Positions 39,388 through 51,300 of a stretch of DNA of 64,000 bases are shown piece after piece (positions within the stretch are counted from its first letter, which is position 1; every line of letters starts with the position of its first letter). The notes beneath the pieces are model-generated. The model was not told the origin of the DNA. It ran no database searches and saw only the letters and a list, made by a program, of their open reading frames with translations. A program made the position numbers and the translations under genes. Location of the stretch: assembly GCA_964658305.1 (NCBI GenBank), contig OZ210884.1:8308001-8372000 (forward strand), given 5' to 3'. Source of the stretch: Leptogorgia sarmentosa. Lineage: Eukaryota.

Positions 39388-40317
39388 ATGAACTCTACCT
39401 ACAAGTATTGCACCCTTCTTGATGAGCGATTTTTAAACAACAGCGAGTTTACGGAAAGAAAACACATCCATGTATATCTTATCTTGGTAACTGCACTGGA
39501 TGGCTTGTTAATCATCCCAACTGTTCTACTGAACATAACTGCTGCTAAAACGATTTTAAAATCTTCCAAACTGAAAGAGAAACCATGTTTTTTCCTCATT
39601 CTTGTTCAATCAGTACTCGACACTGCAGTTGGTGCAATTGTGCTACCTCTTTATACATTTGGCTTGGCAACACAGGCGGCTGGTGTACCAAATTGTTGGG
39701 TAACTTTCCTTGGTTTGGTTATAACCCTAATTTTCTCAATCTGTTCGCATGTAACATTGACTGTCATGACCTTTGAAAGATACATGGGAATTTTTCATCC
39801 TCTGACCCACCGAACTAAAGTAACAAAACGAAGACTTTTGAAATCCATAATTTTTTTAAGTCCAGTAACGATTTTCCTGAATATCGTATCCAATATGTTT
39901 GCCAAAGGCGAGTACAACATCATAGGTGATCTAATCACATTCATATTCGTGGCTTTTACCGCGTTTGTCTACACGAGAATCTTCGCTTTTGCGAGGAAAC
40001 GTTTTCGTGTTAGTAAGAGAGCTAGGGACGGTGAAGCAAAACCAACGTCTTCAGAAAAGAAAGAAAACCGTAAATTTTTACAAGAAACCAAGCTAGCAAA
40101 GTCGTGTTTTCTCGTTGTCGCGTGCAGCATGATCTGTTATTTTCCTACAAGCTTTACGTTTCTTTATGACGACATGGACATTTTTACGATGAATGTCTTT
40201 CTTGCGTTCTTGTTGACTATAGTACTCCTTAATTCTAGTCTTAATTCCATTATATTTTTCTGGCGCAATCCAATTTTAAGAAGAAACGTCAAGTCGAATC
40301 TCCGCTCCAGAAAATAG
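39388..40317 (+). CDS. Intronless rhodopsin-class (class A) GPCR, orphan
   Basis: 309-aa ORF with seven hydrophobic segments, N-terminal NST/NNS sequons, TM2 D, TM3 MTFERY (DRY variant), TM6 CYFP and TM7 NSSLNSIIFFWRN. Confidence 0.9.
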   Translation: MNSTYKYCTLLDERFLNNSEFTERKHIHVYLILVTALDGLLIIPTVLLNITAAKTILKSSKLKEKPCFFLILVQSVLDTAVGAIVLPLYTFGLATQAAGVPNCWVTFLGLVITLIFSICSHVTLTVMTFERYMGIFHPLTHRTKVTKRRLLKSIIFLSPVTIFLNIVSNMFAKGEYNIIGDLITFIFVAFTAFVYTRIFAFARKRFRVSKRARDGEAKPTSSEKKENRKFLQETKLAKSCFLVVACSMICYFPTSFTFLYDDMDIFTMNVFLAFLLTIVLLNSSLNSIIFFWRNPILRRNVKSNLRSRK

Positions 40318-40869
40318 ATTCTATATATTTACTGTATCATGTTACAAAAAGAAGAAGAAAGCTATACATCTACAAAATATATATATATAATATAGATATG
40401 TTGTTCAAAAAAACTCTAGCATATTAAATATATCATAATGTATCGTAAAAGTATATATGAATAGAGGTTGCTGGAAAAAATAACCGACAAATATATAGCT
40501 ATTTTATAATAGCTGATTTTTGTATAAACCCATGCATCGATACGAATTATTTAAAAAATATGTGCACCAACATAATCTTATCTTAACTTATTTGTCAATA
40601 CTTAGTTTTTTTCTGTATTTTATAACGACATTATGTATGTATTCGTGCAAGATTATTACTGTCTTTAATTGTAGTTTACCCTGCGAGTAACTGACACTGC
40701 ATACTGTAAATGCTCTAAATGAACTATGTATGATATAAATGTACTGTAAATATACAAAAGTCTGTCGCTTTTCTTATCATTTAATTTAACGTAGTGATAT
40801 AATCTGTCATATCAGATATAGTCTCATTTTTTGCAGATGTTTTAACTACAATATATATAAATATGTACT

Positions 40870-41016
40870 ATTGTTGTTATGATGCATATTGTGCTCAGCC
40901 ACTCTCAGTGCAGTTCCACACCGAGAGCAAGCTGAAAACAGCTTTGCCGCGGTGGGGTTCAAACCCACGACCTTTGGTATGCTAGTCCAACGCCCTACCA
41001 ACTGAGCTACGGGCTC
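40870..41016 (-). mobile_element. tRNA-derived SINE (tRNA-Ala(AGC)-like head)
   Basis: Minus strand GAGCCCGTAGCTCAGTTGGTAGGGCGTTGGACTAGCATACCAAAGGTCGTGGGTTTGAACCCCACCGCGGC... has an A box, a degenerate B box and D/anticodon/T arms, but a broken acceptor stem. It continues into a ~75-nt non-tRNA body and an (AAC)-rich tail, and interrupts one copy of a local duplication. Confidence 0.7.
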
Positions 41017-44000
41017 ATGTATATAAATCAATAAATTCAACTCAAAATTAAAATATATCACTCCACTCTCTTGTCAGTAGACTTGCTCCAAGTCTAAGTT
41101 TCTTTTTCGCTCCACTATAGTGCGAATAACATGACGTAGCTGCTGAGGGGAGGGAGTGAGGAGGGAGTTGGGGTGACAGAAGTTTATATCGGGGGGCAAA
41201 TGCACATGTCCCCCCCCCCTTAAGGCAGCCACTGCGCAGCTTGTAAACACTGGTTTTCCAGAAATATAGTAGCGCGGTTTCAAGACTACAACACAGTGAC
41301 ACGTTTGTTTAGTTTTAGTCTATATATTAAAAGTATTCCTCTCCCACTTTACCATTCTGTTCAACAAAACTGATGGCCACTTGGTGATTTGAGGGTTTAG
41401 TAGTTGCTTGGTTACCTACTAGGCTAATATGATCATCTCACTACACAAAATAGATAACAGTCCAGAATAGTGAAAAATTCCCAATCACTGTTGACACAAC
41501 CCCACCTCTACGTATAAATATACGAACAGTTTTCTTAACTTTCATTCTCACCAACTTGATTTTGGCATGGTGAAAAAAAATACTACCTGATCGGGGTACA
41601 AAACCACCCCGTTTTCATAAATATTTGAAAATCAGGGTGGATTTGTGTCCTGTCATGCACGAGTGAAACTATACTTTACTGCCTTATTGGGGTACAAAAT
41701 TTACATAAAAATAGATAATAGAAAAATTTAAATAAAAATTGAACCAATGAAGAATTGCCAACATATGCAGTTGACCAATCCTAAACGCAGGATTAGTCGA
41801 CCAATGAAATTCACGCAGTCCTCCGCGAGGTAGGTTTGAATGAAGCATTCTAGTCCACTCAGGTGCTCACAATCGAACCACAGATGAAACTGGGAGGAGG
41901 AGAAAGTCCAAGTCAAGAAAGGTTTAGAAAAGCTACCGGACGATTTTACAAATTCGAAGGCAGAAGACAGATGAGCAATAAAGATCTTTGCTTTATTTGG
42001 CACGTCTATAAAGGTAAAGTAGACCACATGGCTGTACAAAACGTGCTTATTTCAATGCGTTTGTTTGATTATGAATAATTGTATAACGCGAAGACCGGTC
42101 GCGAACTATCTTCGTCGGATTATTTCTTCGACGTTTCCCAGGTCAGGCCCTCGCGTTTTCTTCTCTAGTGCTTTCAATAGTTTTAAACAACTTACATTTG
42201 TATTTTCTTTTACTTTAGACAAAATTGGAAGCGAAATAGTCTATAGACAATACCTGGTGTGAATACCAGCAATTAAAAGGTAATTAAATTGTTTGTGCAA
42301 ACTGAATTGTTTATCCACCGTTTAAGCTAAACGGCCTTCGAACGTTTTATCTTCATTTGCCAAATACGTAATTGCTGTGTTGTATTTCAGCGCTTTTCTC
42401 AACAACTCTTTATTTGTAGGATGATTCTACCTTCACCAGCGAAAGTCTCGAAAAGGCATTGATGTACGTACGCAAATACAACATTTCAAATGGTATAATT
42501 TTATCGTTGGGCATGGTTGACTAGTTAACGATGTGCTTATGTTTGCATTTCATTACTGTCACTTGAGATCGAGCTATATGCGAATGGTCTTTCAGTCTTT
42601 GTACAGTAGACCCAGCTAAGAACCCAGACGCACTTTGCCTTTCATTTTCATTTAATTTTCGGCTTGCAGTCTAAGGCCGCCCAGCCCTGTTTTTTAACCT
42701 GGTTGTTTCGAACAATGAGGAAATACAAATGATCGGGCCCGGCATTTGTATTTTCTGTATGTACGAAGCAATATAACTTTAGGCGAAATTACTTTCGGAG
42801 TGCTAAAATATAAGAGTTCGAAACTGATGAAGTTGTACACCATCATTTAATTTTAAGTTGCATGAGCATGACATACTCACACGTAAAAATTATTAAAATG
42901 ATGCATGAGAAAATGCTGCAGTAGTCCTAAAGACGCATCAATAATTCATGAAGACTAACTGTCTCTAACCTGACAAATATGTTAATTTGCATGAAACTTC
43001 AAGCATTCAAAACACTATGTTCTCTATCACTATCAAAATAGCAAACTTAACTTTACTCTTGCAAGTACCGGTACAAAATTGTTCGAGATATTGTAAACTT
43101 CAAAATGTAATGTTGGTGTCCTATAATTTTATGTGCGAGCCAACACACGTTGCCCAAGGACTCAATAACTGAGGATATACTCCGTTGGAACTCACGGCAA
43201 TGGTGGATCAGTATGAGAAGGTACAATGGTTACTGTGATTTGGATAGCTTTGTCACTTCTAAAGTGTTCTTCCTGTAGATTCAACAATTTAAATTTATGA
43301 TCTCTCTTTGTCAGGCTTGGCGTAATGGGCTCGTTTGGATTATGTGTGTGGAACTGGTCGACCTATACCACTTTGGTGGGGATAAGTCTGGTGTGTATTA
43401 TTAAGCTTGTGGTGTTACATTTATTTCCATGAAAAACCATTTTATTACTTGTCTAGTTTTACATTTTTACACCTTTATTTGACGATTAACCAGGGTATAG
43501 TGGACCATGGCTTCGTTGTTTTGGAGAAATGGTTTGTCACAAAGAAGCAGTGATACGAGAGGAAGGTAATTTGTAAATTTATTTCAGGACTGCCTTTTCA
43601 AGGGTTTTTCTCCGCAACTCAGGATACCCTTCCTGTTTGATTGGATAGCTTTTCAATTCTACACGGTGTCCTTCCAAGAGGTTCAATCGTCTCATTTTCA
43701 TGACCCTTACTGATATTTATACTGGATTTTTTACTGATGTAGTTCGTGTGGGTAACTGAAGGAAACCTGAACCTGATGAAACCTAGCTATGAATTTTATG
43801 AAACTCTATTCGTTTTTTTTGTTTCAGATTCGGCGCAGTGATTGTTCGTGTAAACTGGTGAAGCTGTGCAACGTTTGAAGGTAATTGTCTGTTGTGTGTT
43901 GTCAATCTCGTGTAGTTCAATTTATTCCATAAAAAATCAATTTAATACTCGCTGTCTGGTTTCACAGTTTTATTTTCTATTTAATTGTGACATTTATTTT

Positions 44001-45505
44001 TGAAGATCAACTGGTTGCATGGAAAGATGGACGCGTTATCTTGGACACTGATGGGTGAGCAAGGTATAATTTGTAGCTAGTTTAGTCCCCGGGTTCCCTT
44101 CTTTTTCGATATGGAAGCTATAATCGTCTAAGGCCTCCCAACCCTGTTTTTTCACCTGCTTGTTTCGAACAATGAGTAAATACAAATGATCGGGCCCGGC
44201 ATTTGTATTTTCTGTATGTCCGAAGCAATAGAAATAGGCAAAGTTATTCGGAACTTAAAAATTGCACGAGCATGAGATATAGCTTGCATTGCATGTAAAA
44301 ATTACTCTCCTGCGACCGAGCTATATGCAAATGGTCGAAGTTAGCTTAGTGCATGGGGGAGTGTCCTTGTTAGGGGTCGATGAAAACAGGTCCAATTACC
44401 ATAACAATGGAATTAGAAAAGTTTTTCTGTCGGCCTCTGGGTTAAATTCCCAGAACACTGGTATAACTTTTAAGGTCTATTCCACTGAAAGGAGAATTTT
44501 GCAAACTTTACTGTAATTGTTCACAGTCGGGCAGTGCGTCAGCTGAGGATTAACAAGGTCTATCTGCATTCTGAGTAGTTGGGAGAAGATCACTTTTAAT
44601 ATAAATTTTAGTATACAACTGTGGTTGAGATTTTGGAAAGTTCAGAAGTGATCTTCTCCCAACTACTCAGAATGTAGATAGACCTTGTTAATCCTCAGCT
44701 GACGAGTGGTTAGACCATACTTGTTGCAGGTCTAAAATGGAGATGTCAGGCGCCTCCTTCCCTCCACTAGCCTGGGGGTACACCTTGGTGTGTTGTGAAA
44801 TGTCTTTATATTAATAAAAATTATAACATTTAAGAAAACTTCCTGTTCTTTTACGTCAACACAAACGCATGGGATTTTTTTCTTTTGCCTTTGAATGATC
44901 TCTCGCAGTAGCAGACCTTGCATTTTACTGAAGCTTTGACACAAACCAGCTGAACCATGCAAACCATGCCCTCCAAGGTCCATACATACCTTACAAGGTC
45001 CATACACACCCTCTCATAAAACTCCCCTCCAAATTTTAATATAGGAATTTACATGGTTCGAGAAGTATTAATGAAAAATTGCACGCGTGTTTGGCGAAAC
45101 GCACGTTTGTGTTGCTTATTTAATCATACAAGTCCTGTGTTGAGTTTAGTTATTCTCCCAACATACACCTTGGACTCTGATTGGTCAGAGCTGAGAATTC
45201 AGCCAATCACAAGGTAGGCGGGAAACATGCTGATGTGATATCCTCGAAACTCGAACTATTTTTCGTTCCCCTTAAGGGTTCGAGTTAGCGAGCTTCTACT
45301 GTAGATTAAAAAGGTTTTTTGAAGCTAGACTGATGTAAAGGAACCTTAAACAATCGCATCATGTCTGCTGCATCGAAATTCTACTGTCAACGGCAGGAGC
45401 CGTGCCGGTTAAAAATGAGAAAGGTAATTTTATTTATTTGTTTTGAAGATGAATTGTCAATGCAGAAAGTCAAAGTTACTACAAACTTCCTGCCACCATT
45501 ATTTT

Positions 45506-45558
45506 GATAGATAGATAGAGAGATAGAGAGATAGAGAGATAGATAGATAGATAGATAG
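45506..45558. repeat. (GATA)n/(GAGA) microsatellite
   Basis: Directly visible. Confidence 0.9.
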
Positions 45559-45989
45559 TTTTATTAGTTAAACATTGCAACCCAGCCATAGGGTTGAATT
45601 ACGTGTAACTTTACAAACAAGATTATATAATTTATTTCAAATACATTGAAGAATTATATGGAATAAAACTGTTTTTATACCTATTTGTCCTACTATTAAA
45701 ATCTTTAAAAATTCCCTCTTTCCGGAGGTTATAATTTGAAAAGTTCTTACTAGGTAAAAGGTCATAAAGTTTTACCTTTTTAAATTGTGCCCTTCTTTAT
45801 ATGAAGGTCCTTGTAAGTTGAAATGCTAATCAAGCCTGCTCTTTGCTAGCCCTGGGTATGCTCAATCATCCAGTGATGAAGATGATGAAGAAGAAACGTG
45901 AACCTGTGGATATTCTCAAGGACAGACGGTTGAAAGAAGTGAGTGTTTTATACATCTTCCTTCATCACTCTGTCATTTCAATGTTTTTT

Positions 45990-48370
45990 TCCAAATTTTT
46001 CGCGCCATTTTTTAGGCAACACCGCCTCCCCCCACTCCGCTATTTTGGCGCCAAATTTTTCGCGCCATTTTTTGGCGCCTAATTTTTCGCGCCATTTTTT
46101 AGGCAACACCGCCTCCCCCCACTCCGCTATTTTGGCGCCAAATTTTTCGCGCCATTTTTTGGCGCCTAATTTTTCGCGCCATTTTTTAGGCAACACCCCC
46201 TCCCCCCACTCCGCAATTTTGGCGCCAAATTTTTCGCGCCATTTTTTGGCGTCAAATATTTCGCACCATTTTTGAGGCACAACCCCCTCCTCTCCGCCAT
46301 TTTGGCGCTAAATTTTTCGCTCCATTTTGGAAGTCCCACCCCCCCCCTCCGCCATTTTGGCGCATAATTTTTCGCGCCATTTTTTGAGGCACCCCCCCCA
46401 CTCCGCCATTTTGGCCCCAAATTTTTCGCGCCATTTCTTGGCGCCAAATTTTTCGCGCCATTTTTTGGGGCACCCCCCCCCCACTCAGCCATTTTGGCGC
46501 CAAATTTTTCGCGCCATTTTTTGGCGCCAAATTATTCGCGGCATTTTTTGGCTCCAAAGTTTTCGCGCCATTTTTTCGCGCCAAATTTTTCGCGCCATTT
46601 CTGAGGTCCCTCCCCCCCCACTCCGGCATTTTGGCGCCAAATTTTTCGCGCCATTTTTTGGCGCCAAATATTTGGCGCCATTTTTTGAGGAACCCCCCTC
46701 CACTCAGCCATTTTGGCGCCAAATTTTTCGCGCCATTTTTTGGCGCCAAATTTTTCGCGCCATTTTGGAAGTCCTACCCCCCCCACTCCGCCATTTTGGC
46801 GCCAAATTTTTCGCGCCATTTTTTGGCGCCAAATATTTCGCGCCATTTTTTGAGGCACAACCCCCCCCCTTCCCGCCATTTTGGCGCCAAATTTTTCCCG
46901 CCATTTTTTAGGCACACCCCCCCCACTGAGCCATTTTGGCGCCAAATTTTCGCGCCGTTCTTTGGCGCCAAATTTTTCGCGCCATTTTTTGATGCACCCC
47001 CCCCCCCACCTTGCCATTTTCGCCCCATTTTTTGGCGCCAAATTTTTCGCGCCATCTTTTGAGGAACCCCCCCTCCACTCAGCCATTTTGGCGCCAAATT
47101 TTTCGAGCCATTTTTTGGCGCCAAATTTTTCGCGCCATTTTTTGAGGCACCCCCCCCCCCCACTTTGCCATTTTGGCGCCAAATTTTTCGCGCCATTTTT
47201 TGGCGCCTAATTTTTCGCGCCATTTTTGAGGCACAACCCCCCCCTCCCCGCCATTTTGGCGCCAAATTTTTCGCGCCAATTTTTAGGCACACCCCCCCCA
47301 CTGAGTTATTTTGGCGCCAAATTTTTCGCGCCATTCTTTGGCGCAGAATTTTTCGCGCCATTTTTTGAGGCAACCCCTTCCCCACTTTGCCATTTTCGCG
47401 CCAAATTTTTCGCGCCATTTTTTGACGTACCCCCCCCACTCCGCCATTTTGGGCCAAATTTTTCGCGCCATATTTTGGCGCTAAATTTTTCGCGCCATTT
47501 TTTGAGGCACCCCCCCCACTCCGCCATTTTGGCGCCAAATTTTTCGCGCCATCTTTTGGGGCACCCCCCCCCACTCAGGCATTTTGGCGCCAAATTTTTC
47601 GCGCCATTTTTTGGGGCACCCCCCCCACCACTCAGCCATTTTGGCGCCAATTTTTTCGCGCAATTTTTTGGCGCCAAATTTTTCGCGGCATTTTTTGGCT
47701 CCAAAGTTTTCGCGCCATTTTTTGGCGCCAAATTTTTCGCGCCATTTTTTGAGGTACCCCCCCCCCACTCAGCCATTTTGGCGCCAAATTTTTCGGGCCA
47801 TTTTTTGGCGCCAAATTTTTCGCGGCATTTTTTGACTCCAAAGTTTTCGCGCCATTTTTTGCGGCAAATTTTTCGCGCCATTTTTTAGGTCCCACCCCCC
47901 CACTCCGCCATTTTGGCGCATAATTTTTCGCGTCATATTTTGGCGCATAATTTTTCGCGTCATATTTTGGCGCCAAATTTTTGGCGCCATTTTTTGGCGC
48001 CAAATTTTTCGCGCCATTCTTTGGCGCCAAATTTTTCGCGCCATTTTTGAGGCACAACCGCCACTCCCCCCCCCCCTCTCCGCCGTTTTGGCGCCAAATT
48101 TTTCACGCCATTTTTAAGGTGCCACCCCCCCCACTCCGCCATTTTAGCGCCAAATTTTTCGCGGCATTTTTTGGCGCCAAATTTTTCGCGCCATTTTTTG
48201 GCGCTAAATTTTTCGCGCCATTTTTTGAGGCACCCCCCCCACTCCGCCATTTTTGCGCCAAATTTTTCGCGCAATTTTTTTGGCGACAAATTTTTCGCGC
48301 CATTTTTTGAGGCCCCCCACTCCGCCATTTTGGCGCCAAATTTTTCGCGCCAGTTTTTTGCGCCAAATTA
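45990..48370. repeat. CpG-rich compound satellite (TTTTGGCGCCAAATTTTTCGCGCCA units interspersed with C-tract units CCCCCCACTCCGCCA)
   Basis: ~25-27-bp A units and C-tract B units in irregular AAB/AB order over 2.4 kb, with an abrupt junction to the next satellite at ~48371. Confidence 0.95.
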
Positions 48371-51300
48371 TTCCAGCCTAACCGCAACCTTTCCAGCCTA
48401 ACCCCGGCCTTTTCCAGCCTAACCGCAACCTTTCCAGCCTAACCCCAGCCTTTTCCAGCATAACCGCAACCTTTCCAGCCTAACCACAGCCTTTTCTAGC
48501 ATAACCGCAACCTTTCCAGCCTAACCCCAGCCTTTTCCAGCCTAACCGCAACCTTTCCAGCCTAACCCCGGCCTTTTCCAGCCTAACCGCAATCTTTCCA
48601 GCCTAACCCCAGCCTTTTCCAGCATAACCGCAACCTTTCCAGCCTAACCACAGCCTTTTTCAGGCTAACCGCAACCTTTCCAGCCTAACCCCAGCCTTTT
48701 CCAGCCTAACCGCAACCTTTCCAGCCTAACCCCAGCCTTTTCCTGCCTAACCGCAACCTTTCCAGCCTAACCCCAGCCTTTTCCAGCCTAACCGCAACCT
48801 TTTCAGCCTAACCCCAGCCTTTTCCAGCCTAACCGCAACCTTTTCAGCCTAACCCCAGCGTTTTCCAGCCTAACCGCAAACTTTCCAGCCTAACCGCAAC
48901 CTTTCCAGCCTAACCGCAACCTTTCCAGCCTAACCGCAACCTTTCCAGCCTAACCGCAACCTTTCCAGCCTAACCGCAACCTTTCCTGCCTAACTCCACC
49001 CTTTTCCCGCCTAACCGCAACCTTTCCAGCCTAACCCCACCCTTTTCCTGCCTAACCCCACCCTTTTCCTGCCTAACCGCAACCTTTCCAGCCTAACCGC
49101 AACCTTTCCAGCCTAACCGCAACCTTTTCTGCCTAACTCCACCCTTTTCCTGCCTAACCGCAACCTTTCCAGCCTAACCCCAGACTTTTCCTGCCAAACC
49201 GCAACCTTTCCAGCCTAACCCCAGCCTTTTCCAGCCTAACCGCAACCTTTCCAGCCTAACCGCAACCTTTCCAGCCTAACCCCAGCCTTTTCCAGCCTAA
49301 CCCCAGCCTTTTCCAGCCTAACCGCAGCCTTTTCCTGCCTAACCGCAACCTTTCCAGCCTAACCCCACCCTTTTCCTGCCTAACCGCAACCTTTCCAGCC
49401 TAACCCCACCCTTTTCCTGCCTAACCGCAACCTTTCCAGCCTAACCGCAGCCTTTTCCTGCCTGACCGAAACCTTTCCAGCCTAACCCCAGCCTTTTCCA
49501 GCCTAACCGCAACCTTTCCAGCCTAACCCCACCCTTTTCCAGGCTAACCGCAACCTTTCCAGCCTAACCCCAGCCTTTTCCAGCCTAACCGCAACCTTTC
49601 CAGCCTAACCCCAGCCTTTTCCTGCCTAACCGCAACCTTTCCAGCCTAACCCCAGCCTTTTCCAGCCTAACCGCAACCTTTCCAGCCTAACCCCACCCTT
49701 TTCCTGCCTAACCGCAACCTTTCCAGCCTAACCGCAGCCTTTTGCTGCCTAACCGCAACCTTTCCAGCCTAACCCCAGCCGTTTCCTGCCTAACCGCAAC
49801 CTTTCCAGCTTAACCCCAGCCTTTTCGTGCCTAACCGCAACCTTTCCTGCCTAACCCCACCCTTTTCCTGCCTAACCGCAACCTTTCCAGCCTAACCCCA
49901 GCCTTTTCCTGCCTAACCGCAACCTTTCCAGCCTAACCCCAGCCTTTTCCAGCCTAACCGCAACCTTTCCAGCCTAACCCAACCCTATTCCAGCCTAACC
50001 GCAACCTTTCCAGCCTAACCCCAGCCTTTTCCAGCCAAACCGCAGCCTTTTCCTGCCTAACCGCAACCTTTCCAGCCTAACCCCAGCCGTTTCCTGCATA
50101 ACCGCAACCTTTCCAGCCTAACCCCAGCCTTTTCGTGCCTAACCGCAACCTTTCCTGCCTAACCCCACCCTTTTCCTGCCTAACCGCAACCTTTCCAGCC
50201 TAACCCCAGCCTTTTCCTGCCTAACCGCAACCTTTCCAGCCTAACCCCAGCCTTTTCCAGCCTAACCGCAACCTTTCCAGCCTAACCCCACCCTTTTCCA
50301 GCCTAACCGCAACCTTGCCAGCCTAACCCCAGCCTTTTCCAGCCTAACCGCAATCTTTTCAGCCTAACCCCAGCGTTTTCCAGCCTAACCGCAAACTTTC
50401 CAGCCTAGCCGCAACCTTTCCAGCCTAACCGCAACCTTTCCAGCCTAACCGCAACCCTTCCAGCCTAACCGCAACCTTTCCAGCCAAACCGCAACCTTTC
50501 CTGCCTAACCCCACCCTTTTCCTGCCTAACCGCAACCTTTCCAGCCTAAACCCACCCTTTTCCTGCCTAACCCCACCCTTTTCCTGCCTAACCGCAACCT
50601 TTCCAGCCTAACCCCAGCCTTTTCGAGCCTAACCGCAACCTTTTCAGCCTAACCCCAGCGTTTTCCAGCCTAACCGCAACCTTTCCAGCCAAACCGCAAC
50701 CTTTCCAGCCTAACCCCAGCGTTTTCCAGCCTAACCGCAACCTTTCCAGCCTAACCCCAGCCTTTTCGTGCCTAACCGCAACCTTTCCTGCCAAACCCCA
50801 CCCTTTTCCTGCCTAACCGCAACCTTTCCAGCCTAACCCCAGCCTTTTCCTGCCTAACCGCAACCTTTCCAGCCTAACCCCAGCCTTTTCCAGCCTAACC
50901 GCAACCTTTCCAGCCTAACCCCACCCTTTTCCAGCCTAACCGCAACCTTGCCAGCCTAACCCCAGCCTTTTCCAGCCTAACCGCAATCTTTTCAGCCTAA
51001 CCCCAGCGTTTTCCAGCCTAACCGCAAACTTTCCAGCCTAACCGCAACCTTTCCAGCCTAACGGCAACCTTTCCAGCCTAACCGCAACCTTTCCAGCCTA
51101 ACCGCAACCTTTCCAGCCTAACCGCAACCTTTCCTGCCTAACCCCACCCTTTTCCTGCCTAACCGCAACCTTTCCAGCCTAAACCCACCCTTTTCCTGCC
51201 TAACCGCAACCTTTCCAGCCTAACCCCAGCCTTTTCCAGCCTAACCGCAACCTTTTCAGCCTAACCCCAGCGTTTTCCAGCCTAACCGCAACCTTTCCAG

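Noticed and set aside
40945..41016. Functional tRNA-Ala(AGC) gene
   Set aside because: Acceptor stem does not pair, T-loop is degenerate, there is no clean Pol III terminator right after it, and it continues into a SINE-like body and tail.
45843..50794. Many overlapping ORFs (APNFSRHFL / KNGAKNLAP / WREKFGAK etc.)
   Set aside because: Open in several frames on both strands because the satellite units lack stops; no protein-like complexity.
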